The notes: generated by a model from the sequence alone, not told the origin. A DNA stretch of 64,000 nucleotides from Pseudomonadota bacterium (GCA_031412975.1 JANOEA010000377.1:38-64037); one strand, 5' to 3'. Positions 48,111-56,715 are shown, numbered from the stretch's first letter. Numbers and translations are program-made.

Positions 48111-49634
48111 ATGCGCCCGCACTCCGAGGCAATAGTGTCCGAACCCGTATCCATCCCCGGCTATCGCGTGCTGCGCCCGCTCGGCATCGGCGGCATGGCA
48201 TCCGTGTACCTGGCGGTGCAGGAATCGCTCGACCGCGAGGTAGCGCTGAAGGTGATGGCGCCCGCGCTGGCCGCCAACCAGGAATTCACCGATCGTTTCC
48301 TGAAGGAAGGGCGGATCACCGCGCGCCTGAGCCATCCGAACCTGGTCACGGTGTTCGATATCGGCCAGCACGGCACGATCTACTATCTTGCGGCCGAGTA
48401 CATCCCCGGCGGCACCCTGCGCGACAAGCTCACCCAGGGAATCAGCGTCGCCGAATCGCTCGACGTGGTGCGCGATGTCGCGCACGGCCTGCACTACGCG
48501 CACGAGGCGGGCTTCGTGCATCGCGATGTCAAGCCGGGCAACGTGCTGTTCCGGATCAACGGCACCGCGGTACTCGCCGACTTCGGGATCGCGAAGGCGA
48601 TGGACGGCTCGACGATGGCGACCCAGATCGGCAGCTCGATCGGCACGCCGCACTACATGAGCCCGGAGCAGGCGCGCGCCGAAAAGGTCGATGGTCGCTC
48701 GGACCTGTACGGGCTTGGCGCGATGCTGTTCGAGTTGCTGACCGGAAAACCGCCCTACGACGCGGGGGATCCATTCACCATCGCGCTGATGCACGTGACC
48801 CATCCGGTGCCGCAGCTGCCGCCGCCGGTGCAGTGGTTGCAACCGCTGATCGATCGCATGATGGCCAAGGACCCCGCTGTGCGTTTCGCCACCGGCGAGG
48901 AGTTCGCAGCCGGGCTCGACAAGCTGCTCGCCAGTGCCCCGGAGGCGGCTGCGCTGCGCGACGCACCCGAGGCGCGCAAGAAAGTTGCGCCGCGGCTGTC
49001 GCGCACCGATCAGCAACGGCGGGTCGCGGAGGCCGCGCAGGCCAGATCCTCCGCCGCTGCAGACGGTGCACGCTCCGGCTCCGGGCAGCGGCCCGCATGG
49101 TTGTTGCCGCTGGCGGCGGCCGCCGCGCTCGCTCTGGTCGCGATCGGCGGCTGGGCGGTGTTCGGCGGCAAACCCGCGGAACAACCCGTTGCGGTAGCGA
49201 CGCCCGAGTCAACAGCGACGCCCGAGTCGACCCGACCGGCAGAGCCGCAGGTCGATGACACGCCCTCGGAGGTCCCGGTGACCGACCTGACCAGCAGCGG
49301 GGTCGGTGCAGGCGACCTCGCGGCAACCTTGGCGAAGGCGCGCGAATACGTGCGCGTTGGCCTGGTCGAGCGCGGGCGGCGTTTGTCCTCGCCGCCCGGC
49401 GACAACGCGATCGATCTGTTCCGGCGCGTACAGTCGATCGATCGCGACAACGCCGAGGCGCGCGCAGGGCTGGAGCAGATCGCGGCGTTCTACGAGAGCA
49501 AGTCGAAAGCGGCCTTCGATCGCGGGATCTACGAAGGCAGCCTGGTACTGGCGGAAGAGGGCCTGCGCGCGGAGCCGGGCAATCCCTCGCTGCTGCGTCT
49601 GGTCGAGGATTCGCGACGCGCGCTGGGTCGCTAG
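48111..49634 (+). CDS. Transmembrane Hanks-type Ser/Thr protein kinase with an extracytoplasmic TPR-like domain
   Basis: GIGGMASVY, VALKV, HRDVKPGN, DFG and GTPHYMSPE. One TM helix (WLLPLAAAAALALVAIGGWAVF). Alternative starts at GTG 48018 or 48135. Confidence 0.9.
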   Translation: MRPHSEAIVSEPVSIPGYRVLRPLGIGGMASVYLAVQESLDREVALKVMAPALAANQEFTDRFLKEGRITARLSHPNLVTVFDIGQHGTIYYLAAEYIPGGTLRDKLTQGISVAESLDVVRDVAHGLHYAHEAGFVHRDVKPGNVLFRINGTAVLADFGIAKAMDGSTMATQIGSSIGTPHYMSPEQARAEKVDGRSDLYGLGAMLFELLTGKPPYDAGDPFTIALMHVTHPVPQLPPPVQWLQPLIDRMMAKDPAVRFATGEEFAAGLDKLLASAPEAAALRDAPEARKKVAPRLSRTDQQRRVAEAAQARSSAAADGARSGSGQRPAWLLPLAAAAALALVAIGGWAVFGGKPAEQPVAVATPESTATPESTRPAEPQVDDTPSEVPVTDLTSSGVGAGDLAATLAKAREYVRVGLVERGRRLSSPPGDNAIDLFRRVQSIDRDNAEARAGLEQIAAFYESKSKAAFDRGIYEGSLVLAEEGLRAEPGNPSLLRLVEDSRRALGR

Positions 49635-49673
49635 TGTTGCCGCCGTAGCGTCGCTCCACGCGACCGCGCCCGA

Positions 49674-50375
49674 TCAGCGTCGGCGCAGCAGGATCACCGT
49701 GACATTGTCGGAACCGCCACCGTCGAGCGCGGCGAGGATCAGGTGGTCGACGCATTCCTGCGCGGTCAGGTCGGTGCGTCCGAGGATCGCTGCGATCTCC
49801 GCGTCGTCGACTTCTTCGGTCAAGCCGTCGCTGCACAGCAGGATCTGCTGGCCCGCGGCGATCTTGCCGGCGACCGTTTCCACCCGCAGGCTCTGCGGGT
49901 CGGTCACGCCGAGGGCCTGGGTGACGACGTTGCGATGCGGATGGGTGCGTGCCTGCTCCGGGCTGATCGCGCCCTGTTCGATCAACTCGCGCACGTACGA
50001 GTGGTCCTGCGAGATCTGCCGCAGCGCGCCGTCCCACAGGTAAACCCTGCTGTCGCCGACCCAGGCAACCTCGAACTCGTCGGCCTTCAGGCGGATCGCG
50101 GCGATCGTGGTGCCCATCGGCAGCGCCTGGGTGCGACGATTGCTGTGCTGGATGATCTCCTCGTCGGCGATCTGGATCGCGCGGGCGAGCGCTTCGCCGC
50201 GCTGGATCTGCTGCACCAGGGTGTCGCGTGCCAGCGCGCTGGCGACCTCGCCGTTTTCGTGGCCGCCCATGCCGTCGGCGACCAGCCACAGTCCGAGTTC
50301 GGCATCGGCGTAATAGGTGTCCTCATTGTGCTCGCGGCGCAGGCCGACATGCGTGCAATGGCCGAACTCGATCAT
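49674..50375 (-). CDS. PP2C-family Ser/Thr protein phosphatase
   Basis: Motifs NEDTYY, VADGMGGH, GDSRVY, LLCSDGL and GGSDNVTVILL. Confidence 0.9.
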   Translation of the reverse strand: MIEFGHCTHVGLRREHNEDTYYADAELGLWLVADGMGGHENGEVASALARDTLVQQIQRGEALARAIQIADEEIIQHSNRRTQALPMGTTIAAIRLKADEFEVAWVGDSRVYLWDGALRQISQDHSYVRELIEQGAISPEQARTHPHRNVVTQALGVTDPQSLRVETVAGKIAAGQQILLCSDGLTEEVDDAEIAAILGRTDLTAQECVDHLILAALDGGGSDNVTVILLRRR

Positions 50376-50442
50376 CGTCGGCTCCCCGGCAGGCTCGGTG
50401 CAGCCGGATGTCGGGGCCCATGCATCGCCGGTTCCGCTTGCA

Positions 50443-53400
50443 TCAGAATTCGATCCTCACGCCGATCGCCAGGCTGTCCTGGCTGAAGTCGCGCTGCGCC
50501 GCGCGGCGTTCATAGTAGAGGAAAGCCGAGCGGCCGTTGGCGAACACGCCCGACAGGCCCAGCCCGATGTTGAAATAATCGGTGTCGACCGCGTCCGGCG
50601 TGATCATGATGCTGGTACCGGTCGGGTCGTTGGCGAAGCGCGAGACGATCGCATCGGGATCGTCTTCGAACTCGTGCAGCGCCTCGATCTGCACATGCGG
50701 AATCAGGATTCCCCACGAGGTGCTCATGGTGTACGAGGCCTTGCCGCCCAGCACGCCCTCCAGCGATTCCAGCTTCCGGTCCTCGACCGCCATGGCGAGG
50801 CCGCCACCCGGCGCGCCGGGTGAGGACATGCGCTCGATATAGCCGTCGAAATCGATGCTGGTGGTGGTCACCCGCGCGTAGGGCCCGAACGACCACGCAC
50901 CACGATTGAAGTCGCGACCGGCCGAGAGCGCAAACTGTAGCTGGTCGCCGTCCGGCGAGGCGCTGGCGATCTGGTCGATCTGGCTGCTGCCGATCTGGTA
51001 GCGGACCCGGCGGGTCAGGTCGTAGCTGTTGCTGCCCCAAGTCAGCACGGCGTCCGCAAACCATGCGTCGCCCTGGTACCAGGCGCCGTACAGCGACGCG
51101 CTGTAGCCCTGCGTTTGCAGGCTGCCCTGGTCGCCGTTCACGTCGGTGTCGTTGTCGGTGTAGCCGAGCGCGCCACCGAACACCAGCTTGTCGGAGTAGC
51201 GATAGTCGATGCCCGCGGTCAGGCCGTAGGTATCGAACTCGTAGCCGGGCGAATCGCCATCGTTGTCGCGATCGCCGCGCCCGACGGTGCCGCTGGCAAA
51301 GAAGCCCCAGCGCGAGAAGTCGGCTCCAACTTCATCGGAGCTGCCCTCGTCGGCGACGATCGCCGAGGGCAGGAACGACAGCGGCAGCGCGCCGCCACTG
51401 CCGGCCAGCGCGAGGCCATCGAAGCTCACGCCCTGGGTTCCGCTGCGCAATGCGGCGATTCGCGCCTTGAGATTGTCGAACTGCGCGCCGGTGGTGGTGA
51501 ACGCGGCATCATCCTGCGCTGCAATTTCTTCATTGAGCATCTGGCCCAGAGCCACGGTCACAGCGTTCGGACTCCCGCCGGCATTGCCGACCAACTCGGA
51601 ACAGCGCGCCAGCAGGTCTCGCTCCGCGGCGTTCAGCGAACTGCTCGCCAATTGCTGCACGAGCGCCGGACACGCCTTGTCGATCGCATTGCCGACCTCC
51701 TGCTGCTCCGGGGTGAGGCCGGGGATGTTCTGCACGCCGCCATTGAGGTTGAACGTGACCGTCGGCGGATTCTCGATACCTGCGACCGTTGCGATGACCT
51801 GCGCATTGCCCGGCAGCCCCAGCGTGGCCACGGTCGACGCTTCGCCTGCTGCGTTGGTGATGCTGGTGGCGGGGGTGGTCGCGCCGTTGTTTGCCGGCGT
51901 CAGGCGCCATTGCACCGAGGCCCCCGAAACCGGTGCGCCCGCAGCCGTGCGCAGGCGAACGACCAGCGGCGCGGATGGCGCCGCGGTCGGGAGACTCTGA
52001 TTGTTTCCGGAAATGATCTCCAATACCGATCCTGGCGGGACGGTTTCAGGTGGCGCGATGGCAGTGGCGGTGAATTGCACGCTGGCGGAGCCCGGAACAT
52101 CCGCGCGCACCGTGTTGGTGCCTGCAGCCGGCCCCAGCGTCAGCGTGTTGCTGGCCCGACCTGCACTGTCGGTGACCGAAATAGCGTTGGCGAGGGTGCC
52201 GCCGCCGGCGGTCACCGCCCAGGTGACCACCACGCCTGCCAGGCCCTTGGCCGCCGACGCACCTGCGGGCGGCTGGCTCAGTTGCACCACCAGTGGCTGC
52301 GGCAGCGTGCTGCGCGGCGCGCCTTGCTGGTTGTTGCCCGATCCCGCCGAGGCCCCCGCGGCAAAGCCATTGGCATTGGCCACCGCGGTGAATTGCCCGC
52401 TGAACGCCGATGCCTGGATCGAAATCAATCCGGGACTACTGCCGTAGCGGAAGCGCGCAGTAGCCTGGCCACGATCGTTGACGATGTCGCTGCTGGCGGT
52501 CAGCGCTGCCGATCCGCGCAATACGCTGAAATCCACCCGCTGGCCGATTGCCGGCCGCCCGCTGCTGTCGATCACCTCGAAGACGATCGGCTGGTCGGCA
52601 TTGCTGCCGAGCGCACCCGACTGGCCGTCGCCGCTCAGGATGGTGATGCCGCCGACCGCTGCAATGACCCGGAAACGCAGGTTCTCGCCGCCCGGCAAGG
52701 TGGCGACGATGACCGATTCGACGCTGTTGGGCCCGAACACGAACGAGTTCTGGGTGCGCCCGCTGCTGTCGGTGACGGTGGTGGTCGCATCGAGCACCGG
52801 CCCGACGCCGAAGCCGACTCCCCAGGTGACGGTGGCGCCGGCAACCGGCGCGCCACCGGCGTTGCGGACTTCCAGCACCAGCGGCTGGCCCGCGGTCCCC
52901 GGCCGACCCAACTGGTTGTTGCCGGAAACCAGCACCACGCTTTGGGTGCGCTGCACCGTGATGTTGAACTGCGCGGGTGGTCCATCGAAACCCGACCCGT
53001 TCGCTTCGACCCGCAGCAGGCCTTCAACGCTGCCCGCGCGCACGACGGCGGAGACCTCGTTGCTGTTGCCCACCGGCACGCTGATGCTGGAACGGCCGTT
53101 GGCGAACCTGCCATCACCACTGGCGATCTCGAAGATCACCGATAGCCCGGCGGGGCGCAGGCTGCGACCCGGGTTGCCGAAGTCGACCCGCGCGCGCAGC
53201 AGGACTTCCTGGTTCGGCGCGACGACCGCGCCGTCGCCTTGCACCGCAATCACCTGTTGCGGCGATCCGGGATCGACGTTGCCGAACGCCGAAAACTGCG
53301 AAGGTGCGGTGACCGTGTTGCACAACTGCGACTGCACTGTCACGCGAATCGCACCACCGTCCAGGCCCGATACGATCCGGGTATTCGGCACCGTGGCCGT

Positions 53401-53778
53401 ATACAGCGGTGCCGCGCCCGCGACCGGCTGTAGCGGGGCGCTCACCACCAGCGACTGCCCACCGTTGCCTGCGAACACCGCATCGCCAATGACTGTGAGG
53501 GTGAACTGCACCTCCGCTACCGGAGGAATGCTGATGTAGTTGCCTTCCTGCCGGAACACCAGCGGCGCGCTGGCAATGCCCGGTTCGAGAATCTGGTTGT
53601 TGCCCGACACGATGGTCACCGGGCAAGTCGTCTGCGCACTCGCGACCGGCACGGCCAGCAACGCAAGCAGGACCGATGCGGCAGCGCAGCGAACGATCGC
53701 GCCTGCGGCGCGCTGTGCAGCCCCGAAGCAACCGGGTAGCGCAGCGCCGATGCAATCCACAACCCGTCGAATGCCCAT
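50443..53778 (-). CDS. Autotransporter: passenger of about 7 Ig-like (invasin/intimin Big_1-like, SGNNQ signature) repeats plus a C-terminal beta-barrel
   Basis: ORF 50443..54360 trimmed to MGIRRVVD (ATG 53778), with a signal sequence ending AVPVASA. Repeats contain (V/I)SGNNQ...PL.V.V.D. The C-terminus has alternating aromatic beta-strands and ends in F. Confidence 0.8.
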   Translation of the reverse strand: MGIRRVVDCIGAALPGCFGAAQRAAGAIVRCAAASVLLALLAVPVASAQTTCPVTIVSGNNQILEPGIASAPLVFRQEGNYISIPPVAEVQFTLTVIGDAVFAGNGGQSLVVSAPLQPVAGAAPLYTATVPNTRIVSGLDGGAIRVTVQSQLCNTVTAPSQFSAFGNVDPGSPQQVIAVQGDGAVVAPNQEVLLRARVDFGNPGRSLRPAGLSVIFEIASGDGRFANGRSSISVPVGNSNEVSAVVRAGSVEGLLRVEANGSGFDGPPAQFNITVQRTQSVVLVSGNNQLGRPGTAGQPLVLEVRNAGGAPVAGATVTWGVGFGVGPVLDATTTVTDSSGRTQNSFVFGPNSVESVIVATLPGGENLRFRVIAAVGGITILSGDGQSGALGSNADQPIVFEVIDSSGRPAIGQRVDFSVLRGSAALTASSDIVNDRGQATARFRYGSSPGLISIQASAFSGQFTAVANANGFAAGASAGSGNNQQGAPRSTLPQPLVVQLSQPPAGASAAKGLAGVVVTWAVTAGGGTLANAISVTDSAGRASNTLTLGPAAGTNTVRADVPGSASVQFTATAIAPPETVPPGSVLEIISGNNQSLPTAAPSAPLVVRLRTAAGAPVSGASVQWRLTPANNGATTPATSITNAAGEASTVATLGLPGNAQVIATVAGIENPPTVTFNLNGGVQNIPGLTPEQQEVGNAIDKACPALVQQLASSSLNAAERDLLARCSELVGNAGGSPNAVTVALGQMLNEEIAAQDDAAFTTTGAQFDNLKARIAALRSGTQGVSFDGLALAGSGGALPLSFLPSAIVADEGSSDEVGADFSRWGFFASGTVGRGDRDNDGDSPGYEFDTYGLTAGIDYRYSDKLVFGGALGYTDNDTDVNGDQGSLQTQGYSASLYGAWYQGDAWFADAVLTWGSNSYDLTRRVRYQIGSSQIDQIASASPDGDQLQFALSAGRDFNRGAWSFGPYARVTTTSIDFDGYIERMSSPGAPGGGLAMAVEDRKLESLEGVLGGKASYTMSTSWGILIPHVQIEALHEFEDDPDAIVSRFANDPTGTSIMITPDAVDTDYFNIGLGLSGVFANGRSAFLYYERRAAQRDFSQDSLAIGVRIEF

Positions 53779-53802
53779 CGCTAGCGTCCCCCGCACCGTG
53801 GC

Positions 53803-53808
53803 TATAAT
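53803..53808 (+). promoter_or_regulatory. Perfect TATAAT -10 element upstream of the caspase-like gene
   Basis: TATAAT lies 82 nt before the ATG at 53890. No convincing -35 was found. Confidence 0.35.
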
Positions 53809-53889
53809 CTGAAGGGTACTACAGCGCTCTCGCAACGCCCAAGCGCCACCGGGCTCGCGCCGAACCCGCACCGCAACAGGAGACGAGAC

Positions 53890-56280
53890 ATGCAACGGAC
53901 CACTTTTGCAGCGCGACTTTTCGCGCGGCGGTGCCTGTTCGCCGCGGTCGCCGCAATCGCCACCGTACTGTGCGCCTGGCCGATCGCACCGTTGCAGGCG
54001 GCAAGCGTGCGCAACGCCGAGGATCTGCTGATCGTCGATTGCCTGCTGCCCGGCCAGGTCCGCAAGCTCGGGCGGCAGACCAGCTTCATGTCGGCACGCC
54101 GTCCGATCCGCACCACCCAGGCCGATTGCGAGATCCGCGGCGGCGAGTTCGTCTCCCACGATCGTGCCGATTACCGCACGGCGCTGAAGGTCTGGCTCGG
54201 GCAGGCGGAAGCCGGCGACGCGGAGGCGCAGAACTACGTCGGCGAGATCTATCTCAAGGGACTCGGCACCGAACCCGACTTCGACAAGGCCGCCAGCTGG
54301 TTCGAACAAGCCTCGGCCCAGTCCAACAAGCGTGCGCTGATCAATCTGGGCTACATGCATGAAGAGGGGCTGGGTCGCCCGCGCGATCTAGCCCGCGCGC
54401 TGAATCTCTACCGCCAGGCTTCCGGCTCCAAGGACGAACTGCTGTTCGCATCCACGGTCACCGCGCAGGCCGAGGCGGCCAAGGCGCAGATCGCGGAGTT
54501 GCAGCAGACGGTCGAACAGCAGAATGCCGAAGCCGATCGCCTGCGCGCCGAGGTCGACGGCCTCAAGCGCCAGCTCGCCGAGCGTCGGCGCACCTTGGGC
54601 CAGAACGAACGCGAACTTGCCAAGGTCCGTGCCGAGTTGGTCAGCAAGCAGGCAGCAATCGTGCCGCCGGCCCAAGCGCAACAGCTCAAACGCCTGCAGG
54701 CCGACCTCGATGCGCGCGGCAGCGAGATCGAGACCCGGCGCGTGGCGCTCGAGCGCGATCGCGCCGGCTTCGTGACCGAGGTCGAGACCCGTCGCGAGCG
54801 GCTCGCGGAGCTGCGCGCGCAGGAGCGCTCGCTGGCGGGCAGCAGCGATACCAAGGCCAGTGCCGAACTCAATCGCGTGCGTGCCGCCGCGACCGAACTC
54901 GCGCTGGCGCTCGACGACTCGATGGGTCAACTGGAAGCGCTGCAGCAGAAAGTCGCCGAGAACGACGCGCGCCTGGCCGAACAGCAGGCCGCCTTCGATG
55001 CCGAACGAAAGCGCATGCAGGCCGCGATGTCGGGCTCGCAGCAGGATCGCGACCTGCTGATCCTGCTCGAGCAGCAGCTGGCCCAGAAGCAGCGCGAAGT
55101 CGGGCAGCAGCGCGAGCAAATCGTGTCGCTGGAGCGGCAGATCGGTACGCCCGCGCCGGGTATCGCGCTGGCGTCGCTGGGCGGCAGCGCGGGACCTCTG
55201 CTGGAGATCATCGATCCACCGCTGAGCATCACCCGCGGCAAACCCGCGGCGATGGTGCGCGCCAATGTCGGCAGTTCGGAAGTGCTCGGCAAGGTGGTCG
55301 CGCGCGCCGGGCTGACCTCGGTTCAGGTCAACGGCCAGACGGTCGCGGTGGGTGCCAACGGCCTGTTCCGGGTCAACGTACCGGTGGCCGAGGATGGCAG
55401 CAACGTCGAGATCGCGGCGCTCGACCGCGCAGGCAGCCGCGCGGCGCTCGAGTTCACCCTGCTGCCGCTGGCATCCGGGCGCGCGTCCGCGACGTCGGCC
55501 GCGTCGAGTGGGGTGCGGCCGCTGCCGCGCGGACTGAAGCTGGGTCGCTACCACGCGCTGGTGATCGGCAACGACGTGTACGGCGCCTACCCCAAGCTGA
55601 CCAGCGCCGGCTCCGATGCGCGCAAGGTCGCCGAGGTGCTCAAGCAACGTTACGGCTTCGAGACCACGTTGCTGCTCAACGCCTCGCGCTACGACATCCT
55701 GTCGGCGCTCAACGAGTTGCGCGAAGGCCTCACCGCGGACGACAACCTGATGGTGTATTTCGCCGGCCACGGCGAGATCGACGCGGGCAGCAAGCAGGGC
55801 TATTGGGTGCCGGTCGACGGACGCCAGAACGACAGCACGACGTGGATCTCCAATCGCGCGATCAGCGACATCCTGAACACGATGCAGGCGCGCCACGTGA
55901 TGGTGGTTGCCGACTCCTGCTATTCGGGTGCGATGACCCGCGCCTCGGTGCCCGCGTTCAATGCCGCGATGAGCGACGCGCAGTGGTCGCAGTGGGTGCT
56001 CGATCGCACCGCCAGCCGCTCGCGCACGGCCTTGACCTCCGGTGGCCTGGCCCCGGTGCCGGACATCGGTTCCGGCGGCAACTCGCTGTTCGCCCAGGCC
56101 TTCATCGCATCGCTGCAGGACAACAACCAGTTGCTCGAAGGCCAGCGCCTGTTCCGCGATATCAGCCTGAGCCTCGCGATGGCCGCGACCGAAGCCACCC
56201 TGCCACAGGCTCCCGAATATGCGCCGATCCAGTTCGCGGGCCACGAGGCCGGCGAATTCTTCTTCCGCCCCAAAGGCTGA
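53890..56280 (+). CDS. Exported SEL1-repeat / long coiled-coil / beta-sandwich / caspase-like (peptidase C14) protein
   Basis: Signal peptide ending PLQA-AS. SEL1 units (AEAQNYVGEIYLKGLG, KRALINLGYMHEEGLG). About 230 aa of heptad-rich Q/E/A/R/L sequence. C-terminal HALVIGNDVY...YFAGHGE...VVADSCYSGA gives the His/Cys dyad pattern. Confidence 0.8.
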   Translation: MQRTTFAARLFARRCLFAAVAAIATVLCAWPIAPLQAASVRNAEDLLIVDCLLPGQVRKLGRQTSFMSARRPIRTTQADCEIRGGEFVSHDRADYRTALKVWLGQAEAGDAEAQNYVGEIYLKGLGTEPDFDKAASWFEQASAQSNKRALINLGYMHEEGLGRPRDLARALNLYRQASGSKDELLFASTVTAQAEAAKAQIAELQQTVEQQNAEADRLRAEVDGLKRQLAERRRTLGQNERELAKVRAELVSKQAAIVPPAQAQQLKRLQADLDARGSEIETRRVALERDRAGFVTEVETRRERLAELRAQERSLAGSSDTKASAELNRVRAAATELALALDDSMGQLEALQQKVAENDARLAEQQAAFDAERKRMQAAMSGSQQDRDLLILLEQQLAQKQREVGQQREQIVSLERQIGTPAPGIALASLGGSAGPLLEIIDPPLSITRGKPAAMVRANVGSSEVLGKVVARAGLTSVQVNGQTVAVGANGLFRVNVPVAEDGSNVEIAALDRAGSRAALEFTLLPLASGRASATSAASSGVRPLPRGLKLGRYHALVIGNDVYGAYPKLTSAGSDARKVAEVLKQRYGFETTLLLNASRYDILSALNELREGLTADDNLMVYFAGHGEIDAGSKQGYWVPVDGRQNDSTTWISNRAISDILNTMQARHVMVVADSCYSGAMTRASVPAFNAAMSDAQWSQWVLDRTASRSRTALTSGGLAPVPDIGSGGNSLFAQAFIASLQDNNQLLEGQRLFRDISLSLAMAATEATLPQAPEYAPIQFAGHEAGEFFFRPKG

Positions 56281-56416
56281 AGCCGCGCTGGCACGCGCGC
56301 TCGGGTTGTCGCCGGGCGCGCGGGTGCGTATGATTCGCGGCCCCGCGTCGACCCGGATGTGCCGGAATCGACAGCAGCGGCAAGTCGGACCACGACGGCC
56401 GCGGGCGAGGGGCTAC

Positions 56417-56507
56417 GGAGAGGTGGCAGAGTGGTCGAATGCGCCGGATTCGAAATCCGGTTTACGGGTCTCCCGTAACGTGGGTTCGAATCCCACCCTC
56501 TCCGCCA
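56417..56507 (+). tRNA. tRNA-Ser (anticodon CGA)
   Basis: 91 nt, acceptor GGAGAGG/CCTCTCC, long variable arm, anticodon loop TTCGAAA, encoded CCA. Confidence 0.9.
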
Positions 56508-56668
56508 GTTTTCCGTGTGATGAATTTCAAGATTGCCCGCGCGTAGTTCAGCGCGTTGTGGAGGGTGGGAGCGAACCCTGGGTTCGACTGCGCGCGCCGG
56601 GAGCGCGCGCGGACGTCCGCAGGACGGTCGGCGGCTTGTCCGCCGACGGCGCCCGGGAAGGGCGCCGC

Positions 56669-56691
56669 AATCCCACCCTCTCCGCCAGTTT
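56669..56691 (+). repeat. Exact 23-nt direct copy of the tRNA-Ser(CGA) 3' end (att-like)
   Basis: AATCCCACCCTCTCCGCCAGTTT occurs at 56489..56511, spanning the 3' end of the tRNA, and again at 56669..56691. Confidence 0.9.
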
Positions 56692-56715
56692 GCCTTGAAC
56701 GGGAGCGGATCGACG

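Noticed and set aside
49197-49232. 18-bp tandem duplication in the kinase linker (ATPEST-ATPEST)
   Set aside because: It is real but lies in a low-complexity Pro/Thr/Glu linker. It is probably slippage without functional meaning, and is mentioned under the kinase finding only.
56219-56698. 159-aa ORF (and 56533 upstream extension, 55920..57053 minus-strand ORF) crossing tRNA-Ser(CGA)
   Set aside because: They overlap a well-folded tRNA gene and the att-like filler, and show no coding features.
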